This document shows positions 18,961 to 28,265 of a DNA stretch of 64,000 bases, piece by piece. Location: the sequence record DRR378314_109. One strand, written 5' to 3'. Positions within the stretch are counted from its first letter, which is position 1; the number at the start of each line of letters is the position of its first letter. A program made the translations under genes and the position numbers. Below the pieces are notes generated by a model. That model saw only the letters and a program-made list of their open reading frames with translations. It made no database searches and was not told the origin of the DNA.

Positions 18961-19075
18961 GAAAAAGTCCTTTGATGTGACAACTGGACAATTGTTCTAT
19001 GCATTCGTAGATAGATTTCAATACCCCACAGCACAGCCAACAATCGTGAGCCATGCGTTAAGAAAGGACCTTAAC

Positions 19076-19966
19076 ATGCTCAGAACGATTGTATTTTCCA
19101 TCGCACTTTCGGCGACATCCTTATGCGCCGATACAGTGGAAATAGAGACCTATCGCGGCCCGGTGGATATTCCGCAAGATATTGGGAAGATTGCAGTTTT
19201 CGATCTATCAGCATTTGATACGCTGACAGCACTGAATGTTGAGGTAGATGGGTTGGTCAGCCCGGTCTATCTGCCCTACCTTGAACAGGCGGCAGTTGGG
19301 ACCACCCCTGTGGGATCCCTCTTTGAGCCGGATTATGAAGCGGTATTTGCGCTTCAGCCCGATTTGATCATTGCAGGGGGGCGCTCATCGCAGCATGTGG
19401 ACGAACTGGCGCGGATTGCGCCCACGGCGGATATGACAATCTGGGAAGACACCGTGGGTCAGGGGCTTGCCCGATTGGCGAGCTATGGTGCGCTCTTTGA
19501 CAAGGCGGCAGAGGCAGGGGCGCTGGCTGATACCTTTCAGGATAAGCTCAACCGGGCCAAAGCCGCCTTGGCAGGCAAAGGCACCGCATTGATTGTCCTG
19601 ACCAACGGTCCGAAAATCAGCGCATATGGTGCCGGCGGGCGGTTTGGCTGGTTGCACAGCGCCTTGGACCTTCCCGAAGCAGTGCCCAGCGTGGAGCAGT
19701 CAACGCATGGAGAAGCGATCAGTTTCGAATTCATCCGCGAGGTAAACCCGGACATTATTCTGGCCATCGACCGGCTGGCCGCTGTGGGCCAGGATGGGGA
19801 CTCTGCGCAAGCCACACTCGACAATGCCTTGGTACGTGAAACCAAGGCATGGAAAACCGGCAGTGTGATCTATCTGAGTTCCGCACCGATCTATATCGCC
19901 GGGGGTGGCATTCAGTCGATGAACGTAACCTTGGATGAAATACTTGCTTCCATGAGCGATAAATAA
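19076..19966 (+). CDS. Siderophore ABC substrate-binding protein (CeuE/FatB/VctP-like)
   Basis: VGSLFEPDYE, PDLIIAGGRS, GRFGWLH, STHGEAISFE, IDR, YIAGGG. Confidence 0.9.
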   Translation: MLRTIVFSIALSATSLCADTVEIETYRGPVDIPQDIGKIAVFDLSAFDTLTALNVEVDGLVSPVYLPYLEQAAVGTTPVGSLFEPDYEAVFALQPDLIIAGGRSSQHVDELARIAPTADMTIWEDTVGQGLARLASYGALFDKAAEAGALADTFQDKLNRAKAALAGKGTALIVLTNGPKISAYGAGGRFGWLHSALDLPEAVPSVEQSTHGEAISFEFIREVNPDIILAIDRLAAVGQDGDSAQATLDNALVRETKAWKTGSVIYLSSAPIYIAGGGIQSMNVTLDEILASMSDK

Positions 19967-19970
19967 ACCT

Positions 19971-20918
19971 ATGTGGATCGTTCTTCTTGCGGCGCTTTCA
20001 GGGCTTTCTGTCCTCTCGCTTTTTGTCGGCGTGATAGACGTTTCCCTGATCGATATCTGGCAAGACCCCGAAACGTTTCATTTATTTGCGATCAGCCGGG
20101 GCCCGCGCACGGTGGCAGTGGTCATTACCGGCGGCGCCTTGGCGATCTGTGGCGGCATTTTGCAAATGCTGGTGCGCAACCGGTTTGTCGAGCCGATGAC
20201 CGCAGGTACGGGGCAGGGCGCAGCATTGGGGATTTTGCTGGTCACCTTATATGCCCCCGCCCTGCCAATCCTGTTCAAGATGGTGCTGGCCTCTGTCGCG
20301 GCGCTGGTGAGCAGTATCGGATTTCTGGCCATTGTGCATCGCCTGCCGCCGACGCAGCCCCTGTTGGTGCCATTGGTCGGATTGATCTATGGCGGGATTA
20401 TCGGGGCGGGTGTTGTATTTATCGCCTATCAGGCTGATCTGCTACAATATATCGACATCTGGATGAACGGCGAATTCTCTGGCGTCCTGCAAGGGCGTTA
20501 TGAGTTGCTTTGGATCGTTGCTGCGGTTGCCGGGCTTAGCTATCTGGCGGCGGATCAGTTTGCGATTGTTGGGATGGGCCGTACCGCAAGTATCAATCTG
20601 GGATTGAACTACACTCAGGTGGTGGTGCTGGGTCTGCTGGTGATTTCGGTGGTGACGGCGCTGACGGTTGTGACCGTCGGGATGATCCCCTTTGTTGGCT
20701 TGGTTGTTCCGAATATCATTGCGCGGCTTGCCGGGGACAATCTGAGGATGACTCTGCCGCTGACGGCAATGACGGGTGCGTTGCTGGTGCTGGCAAGTGA
20801 TATTGCAGGACGGGTGCTACGTTTTCCTTATGAAATCCCAGTCGCGTCGGTATTCGGTGTTCTGGGTGCGGTGGTTTTCCTCTGGCTTCTGTATGCGCCG
20901 CGTCGTCATGCACAATAG
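19971..20918 (+). CDS. Fe-siderophore ABC permease (CeuB/FatD-like)
   Basis: SRGPRT, RNRFVEP, IPFVGLVVPN, PYEIP. Confidence 0.9.
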   Translation: MWIVLLAALSGLSVLSLFVGVIDVSLIDIWQDPETFHLFAISRGPRTVAVVITGGALAICGGILQMLVRNRFVEPMTAGTGQGAALGILLVTLYAPALPILFKMVLASVAALVSSIGFLAIVHRLPPTQPLLVPLVGLIYGGIIGAGVVFIAYQADLLQYIDIWMNGEFSGVLQGRYELLWIVAAVAGLSYLAADQFAIVGMGRTASINLGLNYTQVVVLGLLVISVVTALTVVTVGMIPFVGLVVPNIIARLAGDNLRMTLPLTAMTGALLVLASDIAGRVLRFPYEIPVASVFGVLGAVVFLWLLYAPRRHAQ

Positions 20919-21852
20919 GCGGCTTTGGTTTCTGTTGCTGGCCTTGATCGCCTGCACCCTTTGCTATCTGGCTTTGGGGGCACGCGGCAACTGGGCCTTT
21001 GTTTTACCTTTTCGCGGCAATAAATTGGCCGCGCTTCTATTGGTTGCCGTTGCTGTTTCAACAGCGACGGTCCTGTTTCAGACCATCACGCAAAACCGTA
21101 TCCTGACCCCGGCGATCATGGGGTTTGATGCACTTTATGTGCTGATTTTGACGGTAATGATCTATGTGGCCGGCGCGCAGGTTTTTGTGCAGGTTTCTCA
21201 GATCGGGGCGTTTGCACTTAACACGGTTCTGATGATGGGCGGGGCGCTTGCGCTTTTCGGAACGCTGATGTTGCGCACTGGGGGGGATCTGATGCGCATG
21301 TTGCTGACGGGGATAATTTTTGGTGCTCTGTTTCGCGCGGGCACCGGGTTTCTCCAGCGGATGATTGATCCAAACGAATATTCCGTGGTGCAGGTGGCCT
21401 CCTATGCCCGGTTTGCACGGGTGGATGCTGCGCTATTGGCTGTTGCAGGTGGGGTGACATGTGTTGCTCTGATCGCTGCTTGGCGGATGCGGCATCGCTT
21501 GGATGTATTGGCGCTTGGCCCTGATGCTGCAACTAATCTGGGCGAAGACCCGCGCCGGGGGATGTTTCAAGCCTTGGTAATCATCGCAGTGCTGGTGTCT
21601 GTTTCCACTGCTCTGGTCGGGCCGTTGGCGTTTCTTGGTCTACTGGTGGTGAGCCTTGCGCATCTCATCACGCCAACGGCGTCGCATCAGGTGCTGCTGC
21701 CCTCGGCGGCTTTGGTTTCGGGGATCACGCTTGTGGGCGGGCAGTTCTTGCTTGAGAGGGTACTGCATCTGACCACACCCTTGGTGGTTGTGATTGACGT
21801 GGTTGGCGGTGTGGTGTTTTTGATCCTGCTGCTCAGAGGAAGACATCGATGA
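20908..21852 (+). CDS. Fe-siderophore ABC permease (CeuC/FatC-like)
   Basis: FQTITQNRILTPAIMG, IDPNEY, STALVGP; start at MHNRR. Confidence 0.9.
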   Translation: MHNRRLWFLLLALIACTLCYLALGARGNWAFVLPFRGNKLAALLLVAVAVSTATVLFQTITQNRILTPAIMGFDALYVLILTVMIYVAGAQVFVQVSQIGAFALNTVLMMGGALALFGTLMLRTGGDLMRMLLTGIIFGALFRAGTGFLQRMIDPNEYSVVQVASYARFARVDAALLAVAGGVTCVALIAAWRMRHRLDVLALGPDAATNLGEDPRRGMFQALVIIAVLVSVSTALVGPLAFLGLLVVSLAHLITPTASHQVLLPSAALVSGITLVGGQFLLERVLHLTTPLVVVIDVVGGVVFLILLLRGRHR

Positions 21853-22601
21853 TAAAAGTTTCTGATGTTACTTATCAGATCGGCACGGCGAATATTTTGC
21901 GCCGGATCAATCTGGAGATTGCCAAAGGCGGGGTGACAGCGCTGATCGGCCCGAACGGTGCAGGCAAATCCACCTTGTTGTCATTGATCGCGCGGTTGAT
22001 CCCCTTGCAGGAGGGGCAAATCACTGTGGATGACCTGACCGTCGGGGCCTGCCCAAATGATGTATTGGCGCGGAAACTGGCGATCTTGCCGCAAGCTTCG
22101 GACGCGGCTCCCTTGCTGACGGTGCGCGAGCTTGTGGGGTTTGGACGCTATCCCTATCACAGGGGCCGTCCAACGGCGAAGGATCACGCCAAAGTCGCGC
22201 AGGCGATCGAGAGCTTTGAACTGTCACAGCTTGTGGACCGGCGGCTTGATACCCTGTCTGGTGGGCAACGCCAGCGGGCGCAGGTTGCGATGACATTCGC
22301 ACAGGACACCGATTACATTCTGTTGGATGAACCGTTGAACAATCTTGATATCGCCGCTTCGCGATCCTTGATGGCGGTGCTTCAGGGATTGGCCCGGACC
22401 CATGGCCGCACGATTGTGATCGTGCTGCATGACATCAACTATGCGGCGGCCTATGCGGATCATATTGTCGCGATGAAAGACGGATGCATTGCTGCAACGG
22501 GTGCCCCGACAGAGATTGTGACCGAAGGTTTGCTGAAGGATGTGTTCGGGACGGCGCCGAAGGTGCACCGCTTGAATGGCAAGGTGGTTGTCGAAGTATA
22601 G
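21849..22601 (+). CDS. Fe-siderophore ABC ATP-binding protein
   Basis: GPNGAGKST, LSGGQRQR, LLDEP, LHDIN. Confidence 0.93.
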   Translation: MIKVSDVTYQIGTANILRRINLEIAKGGVTALIGPNGAGKSTLLSLIARLIPLQEGQITVDDLTVGACPNDVLARKLAILPQASDAAPLLTVRELVGFGRYPYHRGRPTAKDHAKVAQAIESFELSQLVDRRLDTLSGGQRQRAQVAMTFAQDTDYILLDEPLNNLDIAASRSLMAVLQGLARTHGRTIVIVLHDINYAAAYADHIVAMKDGCIAATGAPTEIVTEGLLKDVFGTAPKVHRLNGKVVVEV

Positions 22602-22626
22602 GCACCGCGCCAGAAGACGCGGTGCC
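22601..22626. terminator. Hairpin between convergent genes
   Basis: ggcaccgcg-ccagaaga-cgcggtgcc. Confidence 0.6.
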
Positions 22627-22633
22627 CGAAAGT

Positions 22634-24589
22634 TTAGAACTTGAGGGAGGCGGTGACGCTGATCGTGCGGCCCGGATCCGTCAGCGGAATGATCCGCCCG
22701 CTGTCAATCCCGTCAGAGCTTCGACGTGAGAAAGTTGCATCAAAGATATTGCGCACATCAACACGCAGATTGAGGTTCTCCATACGTGTGGGCTGATATT
22801 CGGCATAAAGGTTCACCACCTCATAGCCTGGCAGCACTGTCGCAGTGTCCTCGTTCTTCAATGCGATCTGTGCCGTGGCACCAACCCGCCATTCCGGCGT
22901 CACATCATATCCCATCTCAAGCCCAAAGATATGACCCAAAGGGCGGCCCAGATAATAGGCGGTAGACCCAGCCGTGGCACCGTCAATTTCAACATCCGCG
23001 TAGGTATAGTTCAGCGTGGCGAAACCTTGGTTCCCAGTGTAGGTCAAAGATCCGTCAAACCCTTTAGAGCGCAGATCACTTGACGCCCCCCGGTTGCCTT
23101 CGCTGGGTAGTACATCGTTGATATCATGCACTTTGGTGTCGAAAACCGCGGCCTTCGCGGACCATGCACCACCTGTATAGCGAACACCCAGACGCAGCGC
23201 CTCGGCGCGTGAGGTGGCGAAACCGGCATAGTTCCAAGGGCTGCCAAAGTTGATCAGCGCAGCCTCGCCCAGCTCATAGCCGCCGTAGCTGGAGGAAGCA
23301 CCAGCGTTCAGGGTCCAGTTGTCGTTCAACACCACATCAACCGACCCATTGGCGCTGGCACCGCTGTCCGAGAATTCAGAACCGTCAGCCCCGGTGAATT
23401 TCTGCCAGTCGTAACGGGCACCGTAAGAGAGTGAAATGCGGTCTGTCAGATCCTGGCGAACCTGTGCAAAGATACCGATGTTGCTGTGATCCTCACGCCC
23501 GGAACTGCCAAAGGGGCCGGGGCCACGGCCTTCGCCTGTAGCACGCTCATCAAAGAAATCGAGGCCCGCAGTCACCGTGCCATTGCTCAGCTGGAATTCG
23601 TTCTTGGCAACCCCGCTAAAGCTCTTGTTCACGCCCGCCACGCCGGAAGCGTCGATTTCCTGTTCGTTATAGCTCAGTTGAACGGTAGGATTTAGCCAGC
23701 CGTCGGGGTGTTCATCCGTATAGGTCAAAGTATAGGACGTGCGTTCAGACAGACCGGGAGTCAGCACGTTTGGACCTGAGGTGGTTCCAAAAAAATCTGG
23801 GCGAATGAAAAAGATACCGCCCGGTCCGGGTTGGCCCGAACGCTGGCCCGCATCTGTGGTTTGGGAAGCAGAGAAAGCAATACGCTCACCCCCCGCACCC
23901 GTGAACGCAAATTTGGCGATATAGTCGGTAAGGTCGGCTTCGGTGCCCAGAACCGATACACCCGAGCCATCTTCGTAATCCTTGCCCGTCGCATTGGTCC
24001 CGCTCAACAGGTATTCAAACCCGCCTTGCTGGCCAAAAATCGTCAAAGTGTTGCGAAACCCCATGCCGTTTGTGCCTGCGGTGATCGAATATCGCCCGCC
24101 AAAGGTGTCACCGTCCTCCAAAAGATCGCGCGCGTCCTTGGTGGTGTAGGCGATTGACCCCGCCAGCGCATTTGGCCCTTCGTCAGCTGGGGCGAGACCT
24201 GCACTGATCTCAACCGACTTTAATAGGGCAGGGTCCAGCAAGACGTTGCCGGTGTGGTGGAAAGCAGATTTGTTCTGGCGCGCACCATCGATGGTGACCG
24301 ACAACAGGCTTTCCTCGATCCCGTTGACAAATACCTTCTGCCCAATCGGTGCCCCGCCGCTTGCGGTAATTGCGCTTTCACCGGCGAATACATCCGCGAC
24401 GGTTGCGGCATTTCGTTCTTCGATCTCGGCCTCTGTGATTTCGTCATTGCCCAATACGGATTGTGCACCGGCGGTTTCAATGCGGATGGTTCCCAAATCA
24501 AATGGCGTGTCATCCTGAGCATGGGCGAATGTGGCGGTGGTGCACATAAGCACGGCAAGCGCGATACGCCTGTTGGCGGTTTTGGTCAT
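22634..24589 (-). CDS. TonB-dependent receptor (FetA/FrpB/VctA-like)
   Basis: Signal peptide, plug IDGARQ..FHH..DPALLK, C-terminal NIFD..PGRTISVTASLKF. Confidence 0.92.
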   Translation of the reverse strand: MTKTANRRIALAVLMCTTATFAHAQDDTPFDLGTIRIETAGAQSVLGNDEITEAEIEERNAATVADVFAGESAITASGGAPIGQKVFVNGIEESLLSVTIDGARQNKSAFHHTGNVLLDPALLKSVEISAGLAPADEGPNALAGSIAYTTKDARDLLEDGDTFGGRYSITAGTNGMGFRNTLTIFGQQGGFEYLLSGTNATGKDYEDGSGVSVLGTEADLTDYIAKFAFTGAGGERIAFSASQTTDAGQRSGQPGPGGIFFIRPDFFGTTSGPNVLTPGLSERTSYTLTYTDEHPDGWLNPTVQLSYNEQEIDASGVAGVNKSFSGVAKNEFQLSNGTVTAGLDFFDERATGEGRGPGPFGSSGREDHSNIGIFAQVRQDLTDRISLSYGARYDWQKFTGADGSEFSDSGASANGSVDVVLNDNWTLNAGASSSYGGYELGEAALINFGSPWNYAGFATSRAEALRLGVRYTGGAWSAKAAVFDTKVHDINDVLPSEGNRGASSDLRSKGFDGSLTYTGNQGFATLNYTYADVEIDGATAGSTAYYLGRPLGHIFGLEMGYDVTPEWRVGATAQIALKNEDTATVLPGYEVVNLYAEYQPTRMENLNLRVDVRNIFDATFSRRSSDGIDSGRIIPLTDPGRTISVTASLKF

Positions 24590-24744
24590 GGTGGTGTCCC
24601 TAGCAGGTATTTTCCGGCTGGCTGGGAACGGTCGCGTTCATATCGCTGGCTTACAAAAAAGTACCTGACAGAAACAGTTTTTCAGGTAAAGGTCCGGCGG
24701 GCTCATTGGCTTGGCTGGCCATGAAAATATGGCGGACAAGCCAC

Positions 24745-24779
24745 AAAAAAATGCGGCCTCCCGAGGGAGAGGCCGCATT
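24745..24779 (-). terminator. Rho-independent terminator of upstream TBDR
   Basis: aatgcggcctc...gaggccgcatt stem followed by T-tract on minus strand. Confidence 0.8.
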
Positions 24780-24806
24780 CGACGCTCTGTTGCTCTGGCT
24801 GCGACC

Positions 24807-26768
24807 TCAGAACTTGAGCGATGCTGAGATTTTCACGGATCGACCGGGCTCTCTCAGCGAGGCAACGCTGGAGAATTCCTGACCGTAGGTTGCGCGGCTG
24901 GCATAATCTGCATCAAACAGATTGTTAATTTCGCCACGAACTGTCAGATTTCTGGACCCTTTGGGCTGCCATTCAACAAAGGCATTCACGACTTCGTAAG
25001 ATGGCAAAGCCGCGCCTGCACCACCCGTGTCAACGTTGTACGTATCGGTTTCCGACAATACAATCTGCGCGTCCGCCCCAAAGATCAGGTTATATTTCGG
25101 CAAGCTATGTGCGATCTCCAATGTGACCACCTCACCCAATGGGGTGGTCAGATAGTTGCCGAGATAGCTGTCTGCGGTACGTCCGTTCAATTTCGTGTCA
25201 ATATTGGCATAGCCGATACGTGCAAAACCATTGTTCCAGCCGTAGCCAAGCCCCAATTCAAACCCGCGAGAGTCCAGATCGCTGCTCAAGGCAGGGCCGC
25301 CGCGATAGCTTGGTGAACGGGCATTGTCGATCTTGGTCTGGAAGATTTTTCCCGAGACATCCCAGGCACCAAAACCGGCCCGCGCTGCAACAAAAACATT
25401 GCTTGAGGTGACGGGTTCAAATCCTTCTGAGGGATAGATCCATGCTGGATTGAAGATAAAGTTCTCTGCCAGTGGCACGCCACCCCAGACACTGGAATAG
25501 CCGGCGCTGACAGTAACTTGTTCGGTTACATCATAGGCACCTGACAGGTTCCCGGAAAAACCGTTGTTTGATGTGGTATTCCCGTCAAGATCGGTAAATT
25601 TCTGGAAATCTGCACGCAAACCATAAGATAGGCGGGCGCGATCGGTTGGTTCAATCCGCGCCTGCGCGTAGATACCGACATTGCGGGACTTCTCTGGACC
25701 CGTTTCTGTCAGTACGCTGGCGGTAGGGCCGCGGTAGTACAACATCGCATTGTCAGAATAGAAATCAATCCCGGCAGTGATGCTGCCATTGGCCAGTGCA
25801 AAACGGTTTTCGATTTTGCCGTTAATGCTTTCCGTGGTGCCTTGGCTATACTGCGTATCTTCATCAATGATCAGATCGGTTTCACTATAGGCCAGTTTGA
25901 TGGTGGGGTCCCACCAACCCGTCGGCGTTTCATCAGTATAGGTGAACACAAAGTTCTGCCGTGTGAGTTCGTAGTTCCGTGTCAAAGGCACCGGACGCCC
26001 ACCAAATATCTGCCCGATATTGGCGCGATAGGGGCGGGCGTCGTCGTCCTTCACCTGCTCGACAGAGAACTCAAAGCGGTCACCCGCCTGTGTTTGATAG
26101 GCCAGTTTTCCAAGGCCGGAGATCAGATTGGTGCCGGACCCGATGATGGTCGCGTCACTTCCATCGGTGCGCAGATCACCATCCGCGATTTTCAGGAACC
26201 CAAGATATTCAAAGCCACCCTTGCGCCCGTAGACGGACCCGCTGTTCGTCCAGATATCGCCATTGCTGTCATATTCGGATTTGACGAAGCCGCCAAAGCC
26301 AAGTGTGGCATCCAGCAGATCAGCAACGTCACGGGTTTCATAGGCGATGGCACCAGCCAGTGCGCCAGGTCCCGCATCAGCAGGGGCAACGCCCGGATCA
26401 ACGCGCACGGCCTTAAGCAAGGACGGATCGATCAAGGTTGTCGCGTTGTGGTGGAAAACCTTGTTGTTCTGGCGTGCGCCATCAATGGTCACAGACAGGT
26501 TTGTTTCTTCAACACCATTCACATAGATTTTCTGTGATGCGGGAATCGAGCTGCCGACAGATACGGTTGGCTCGCTTTTGAACAAATCCTGAATATCTGC
26601 CGGATTTTCACGCGCGATATCTTCGCTGTCTACATCGACTGCATTTTCCCCCTCAACATTCGCTTCCAACATGATCGTGTTAAGCTGAAACGGCTCTTGC
26701 GACTGTGCGAGAGCTGTTGTCGCCCACAATGTTGCGGTGACCGTGAAGAGGGTGCGGGTGGTAAGCAT
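24807..26768 (-). CDS. TonB-dependent receptor (FetA/FrpB/VctA-like), paralog of neighbour
   Basis: IDGARQNNKVFHH..DPSLLK, NLFD..PGRSVKISASLKF; start MLTTRT. Confidence 0.92.
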   Translation of the reverse strand: MLTTRTLFTVTATLWATTALAQSQEPFQLNTIMLEANVEGENAVDVDSEDIARENPADIQDLFKSEPTVSVGSSIPASQKIYVNGVEETNLSVTIDGARQNNKVFHHNATTLIDPSLLKAVRVDPGVAPADAGPGALAGAIAYETRDVADLLDATLGFGGFVKSEYDSNGDIWTNSGSVYGRKGGFEYLGFLKIADGDLRTDGSDATIIGSGTNLISGLGKLAYQTQAGDRFEFSVEQVKDDDARPYRANIGQIFGGRPVPLTRNYELTRQNFVFTYTDETPTGWWDPTIKLAYSETDLIIDEDTQYSQGTTESINGKIENRFALANGSITAGIDFYSDNAMLYYRGPTASVLTETGPEKSRNVGIYAQARIEPTDRARLSYGLRADFQKFTDLDGNTTSNNGFSGNLSGAYDVTEQVTVSAGYSSVWGGVPLAENFIFNPAWIYPSEGFEPVTSSNVFVAARAGFGAWDVSGKIFQTKIDNARSPSYRGGPALSSDLDSRGFELGLGYGWNNGFARIGYANIDTKLNGRTADSYLGNYLTTPLGEVVTLEIAHSLPKYNLIFGADAQIVLSETDTYNVDTGGAGAALPSYEVVNAFVEWQPKGSRNLTVRGEINNLFDADYASRATYGQEFSSVASLREPGRSVKISASLKF

Positions 26769-27228
26769 AGATCGGCAGTCCTGACTTAGTAATAGTGTCG
26801 GGTTGCTGTGACCGGGGTCATTTGCTGCCTGTTGGGCGCTTCTAATCATAGTTTACAGAAAGCCTCAACAATTAAACGTTACGAAAATCTGCAATGTGGA
26901 AAGCAGCTTGGGGCGAAGGCGGCTTCGGCGGACTTCCGGTTGGTTCGTGGTCCCTATGCCATGTGTCGTGAAGCCTGCAAGGTGAGGGGTTTCTTGGGCA
27001 TTGGCTGTCCTGACGTTGATGCACGGGCCGGAAAGCGAATCGCATTTTCTTTGAGACTCGTTTGCGGCCTCTGAGCGAAGGCGTGAAGCAAGCTCCATCC
27101 GTTGGTGATGGGATCAGTGGACGAAGAACGCATGCTATGAATGCGGATTCCTGATGGAAAGACTATCAGATGGAAAATATCCCCGACAAAAATCATAAGG
27201 TACCTTGAATTCCGGTGGCAAAAAGTAT

Positions 27229-27245
27229 CTGACTGTTTTAGTAAG
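27229..27245. promoter_or_regulatory. Iron-Rhodo-box
   Basis: ctgactgttttagtaag upstream of hemP-imelysin operon; weaker copy ctgacagaaacagtttt at 24665-81 shares the preceding AAAAGTAy. Confidence 0.65.
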
Positions 27246-27395
27246 TAATTAAAGAGGCGGCCGTAGGCGACTGTTCTGTGCAGGGCCCATCGGCTGCGCC
27301 TTTCGCATAAGCGTCCAAGGGGCGCAAAGAAATGAAATGTCTTCCTAGCCACCCGAAAGGGCCAGCCCGGAACTAATACTCACCGGAGGCGAGAG

Positions 27396-27584
27396 ATGAC
27401 CAATCTGACCCCTAGGAACACTCGCAGCGATCAAAGCGCTGCCCGCTATACTTCAATGCCAGGTTTGCAGGTCGAGAGATCTGCTATCTCGCGCAAGGAC
27501 GTGCTTCAGAATGCGATGACTGGCGGGTTTTCGCAGGACGGATCGCTAGAGCAGCTTTTTGATTGGCTGGAGGGGCGGAAATGA
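27396..27584 (+). CDS. Small hypothetical protein (62 aa)
   Basis: GGAGG RBS; ATGA overlap with hemP. Confidence 0.55.
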   Translation: MTNLTPRNTRSDQSAARYTSMPGLQVERSAISRKDVLQNAMTGGFSQDGSLEQLFDWLEGRK

Positions 27585-27760
27585 TGACCGCAATGCAGCG
27601 CCCGCCAAAACCTCTAACTGTTGTGCGTGAAGCCGAGGTGCTTCCGACGTTTGATGCTCGGGATCTGGTTGAGAATGGGACTCAGGCGCGGTTGGTGCTG
27701 GATGATCAAACCTATTTTCTGCGCATCACGCGCGCTGGCAAGTTGATCCTGACAAAATGA
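27581..27760 (+). CDS. hemP: Hemin uptake protein HemP/HmuP
   Basis: C-terminal YFLRITRAGKLILTK signature. Confidence 0.92.
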   Translation: MMTAMQRPPKPLTVVREAEVLPTFDARDLVENGTQARLVLDDQTYFLRITRAGKLILTK

Positions 27761-28239
27761 TTTTGGATCAAAATATGCGCGGCGGCGTGCCGGTTGGTCA
27801 ATTGCATGCCATCACCCCTTGGGAGGCTCTTTTGGTGCGCCATCTGCGCCTGTGGTGTGATGGGCCCGAAGGGCGTTTGAAGGTCAAGAATGACTGGGAG
27901 CGTGCCGGTCCAAAAGCAGCTGCCGAGAATACACTGGCGGTTTTTGACGCGCTGATCATTACGCTGACCAGCTATGCCCGCCGACCTTTGGTGCGGCACT
28001 GTCTGACCTGCGAATGTTTGGGCGCAGACGAGGGCGTTTTTGTGCAAATCGTATCTGCTGCCAGCGGTGGTGCATTGGACGATGCAGCCCTGATGAGCGG
28101 ACTTATCGCAATGCCAGCCCATGCTGAACATATCGCAATTCTTGCCGCACAGGTCGGGGCCGCCTTTCGCGCCCGGGGCTTTGCGCGCGCCGATCAACAT
28201 CCAACCAGACCCTCAGCCCAGCACCGTGTGCTGCACTGA
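27757..28239 (+). CDS. Hypothetical protein with RHxxxCxCxGxDE motif
   Basis: Coupled to hemP; LRLWCDG, RRPLVRHCLTCECLGADE. Confidence 0.75.
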   Translation: MILDQNMRGGVPVGQLHAITPWEALLVRHLRLWCDGPEGRLKVKNDWERAGPKAAAENTLAVFDALIITLTSYARRPLVRHCLTCECLGADEGVFVQIVSAASGGALDDAALMSGLIAMPAHAEHIAILAAQVGAAFRARGFARADQHPTRPSAQHRVLH

Positions 28240-28265
28240 TTTTACCGATGATAAGGAATGCCACC

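Noticed and set aside
26769-27395. Cobalamin riboswitch, sRNA or CDS (26954..27352) in the long gap upstream of the TBDR
   Set aside because: Could not find the B12-box core elements in correct order; ORFs have no recognisable motifs; an Rfam scan would be needed to exclude RNA
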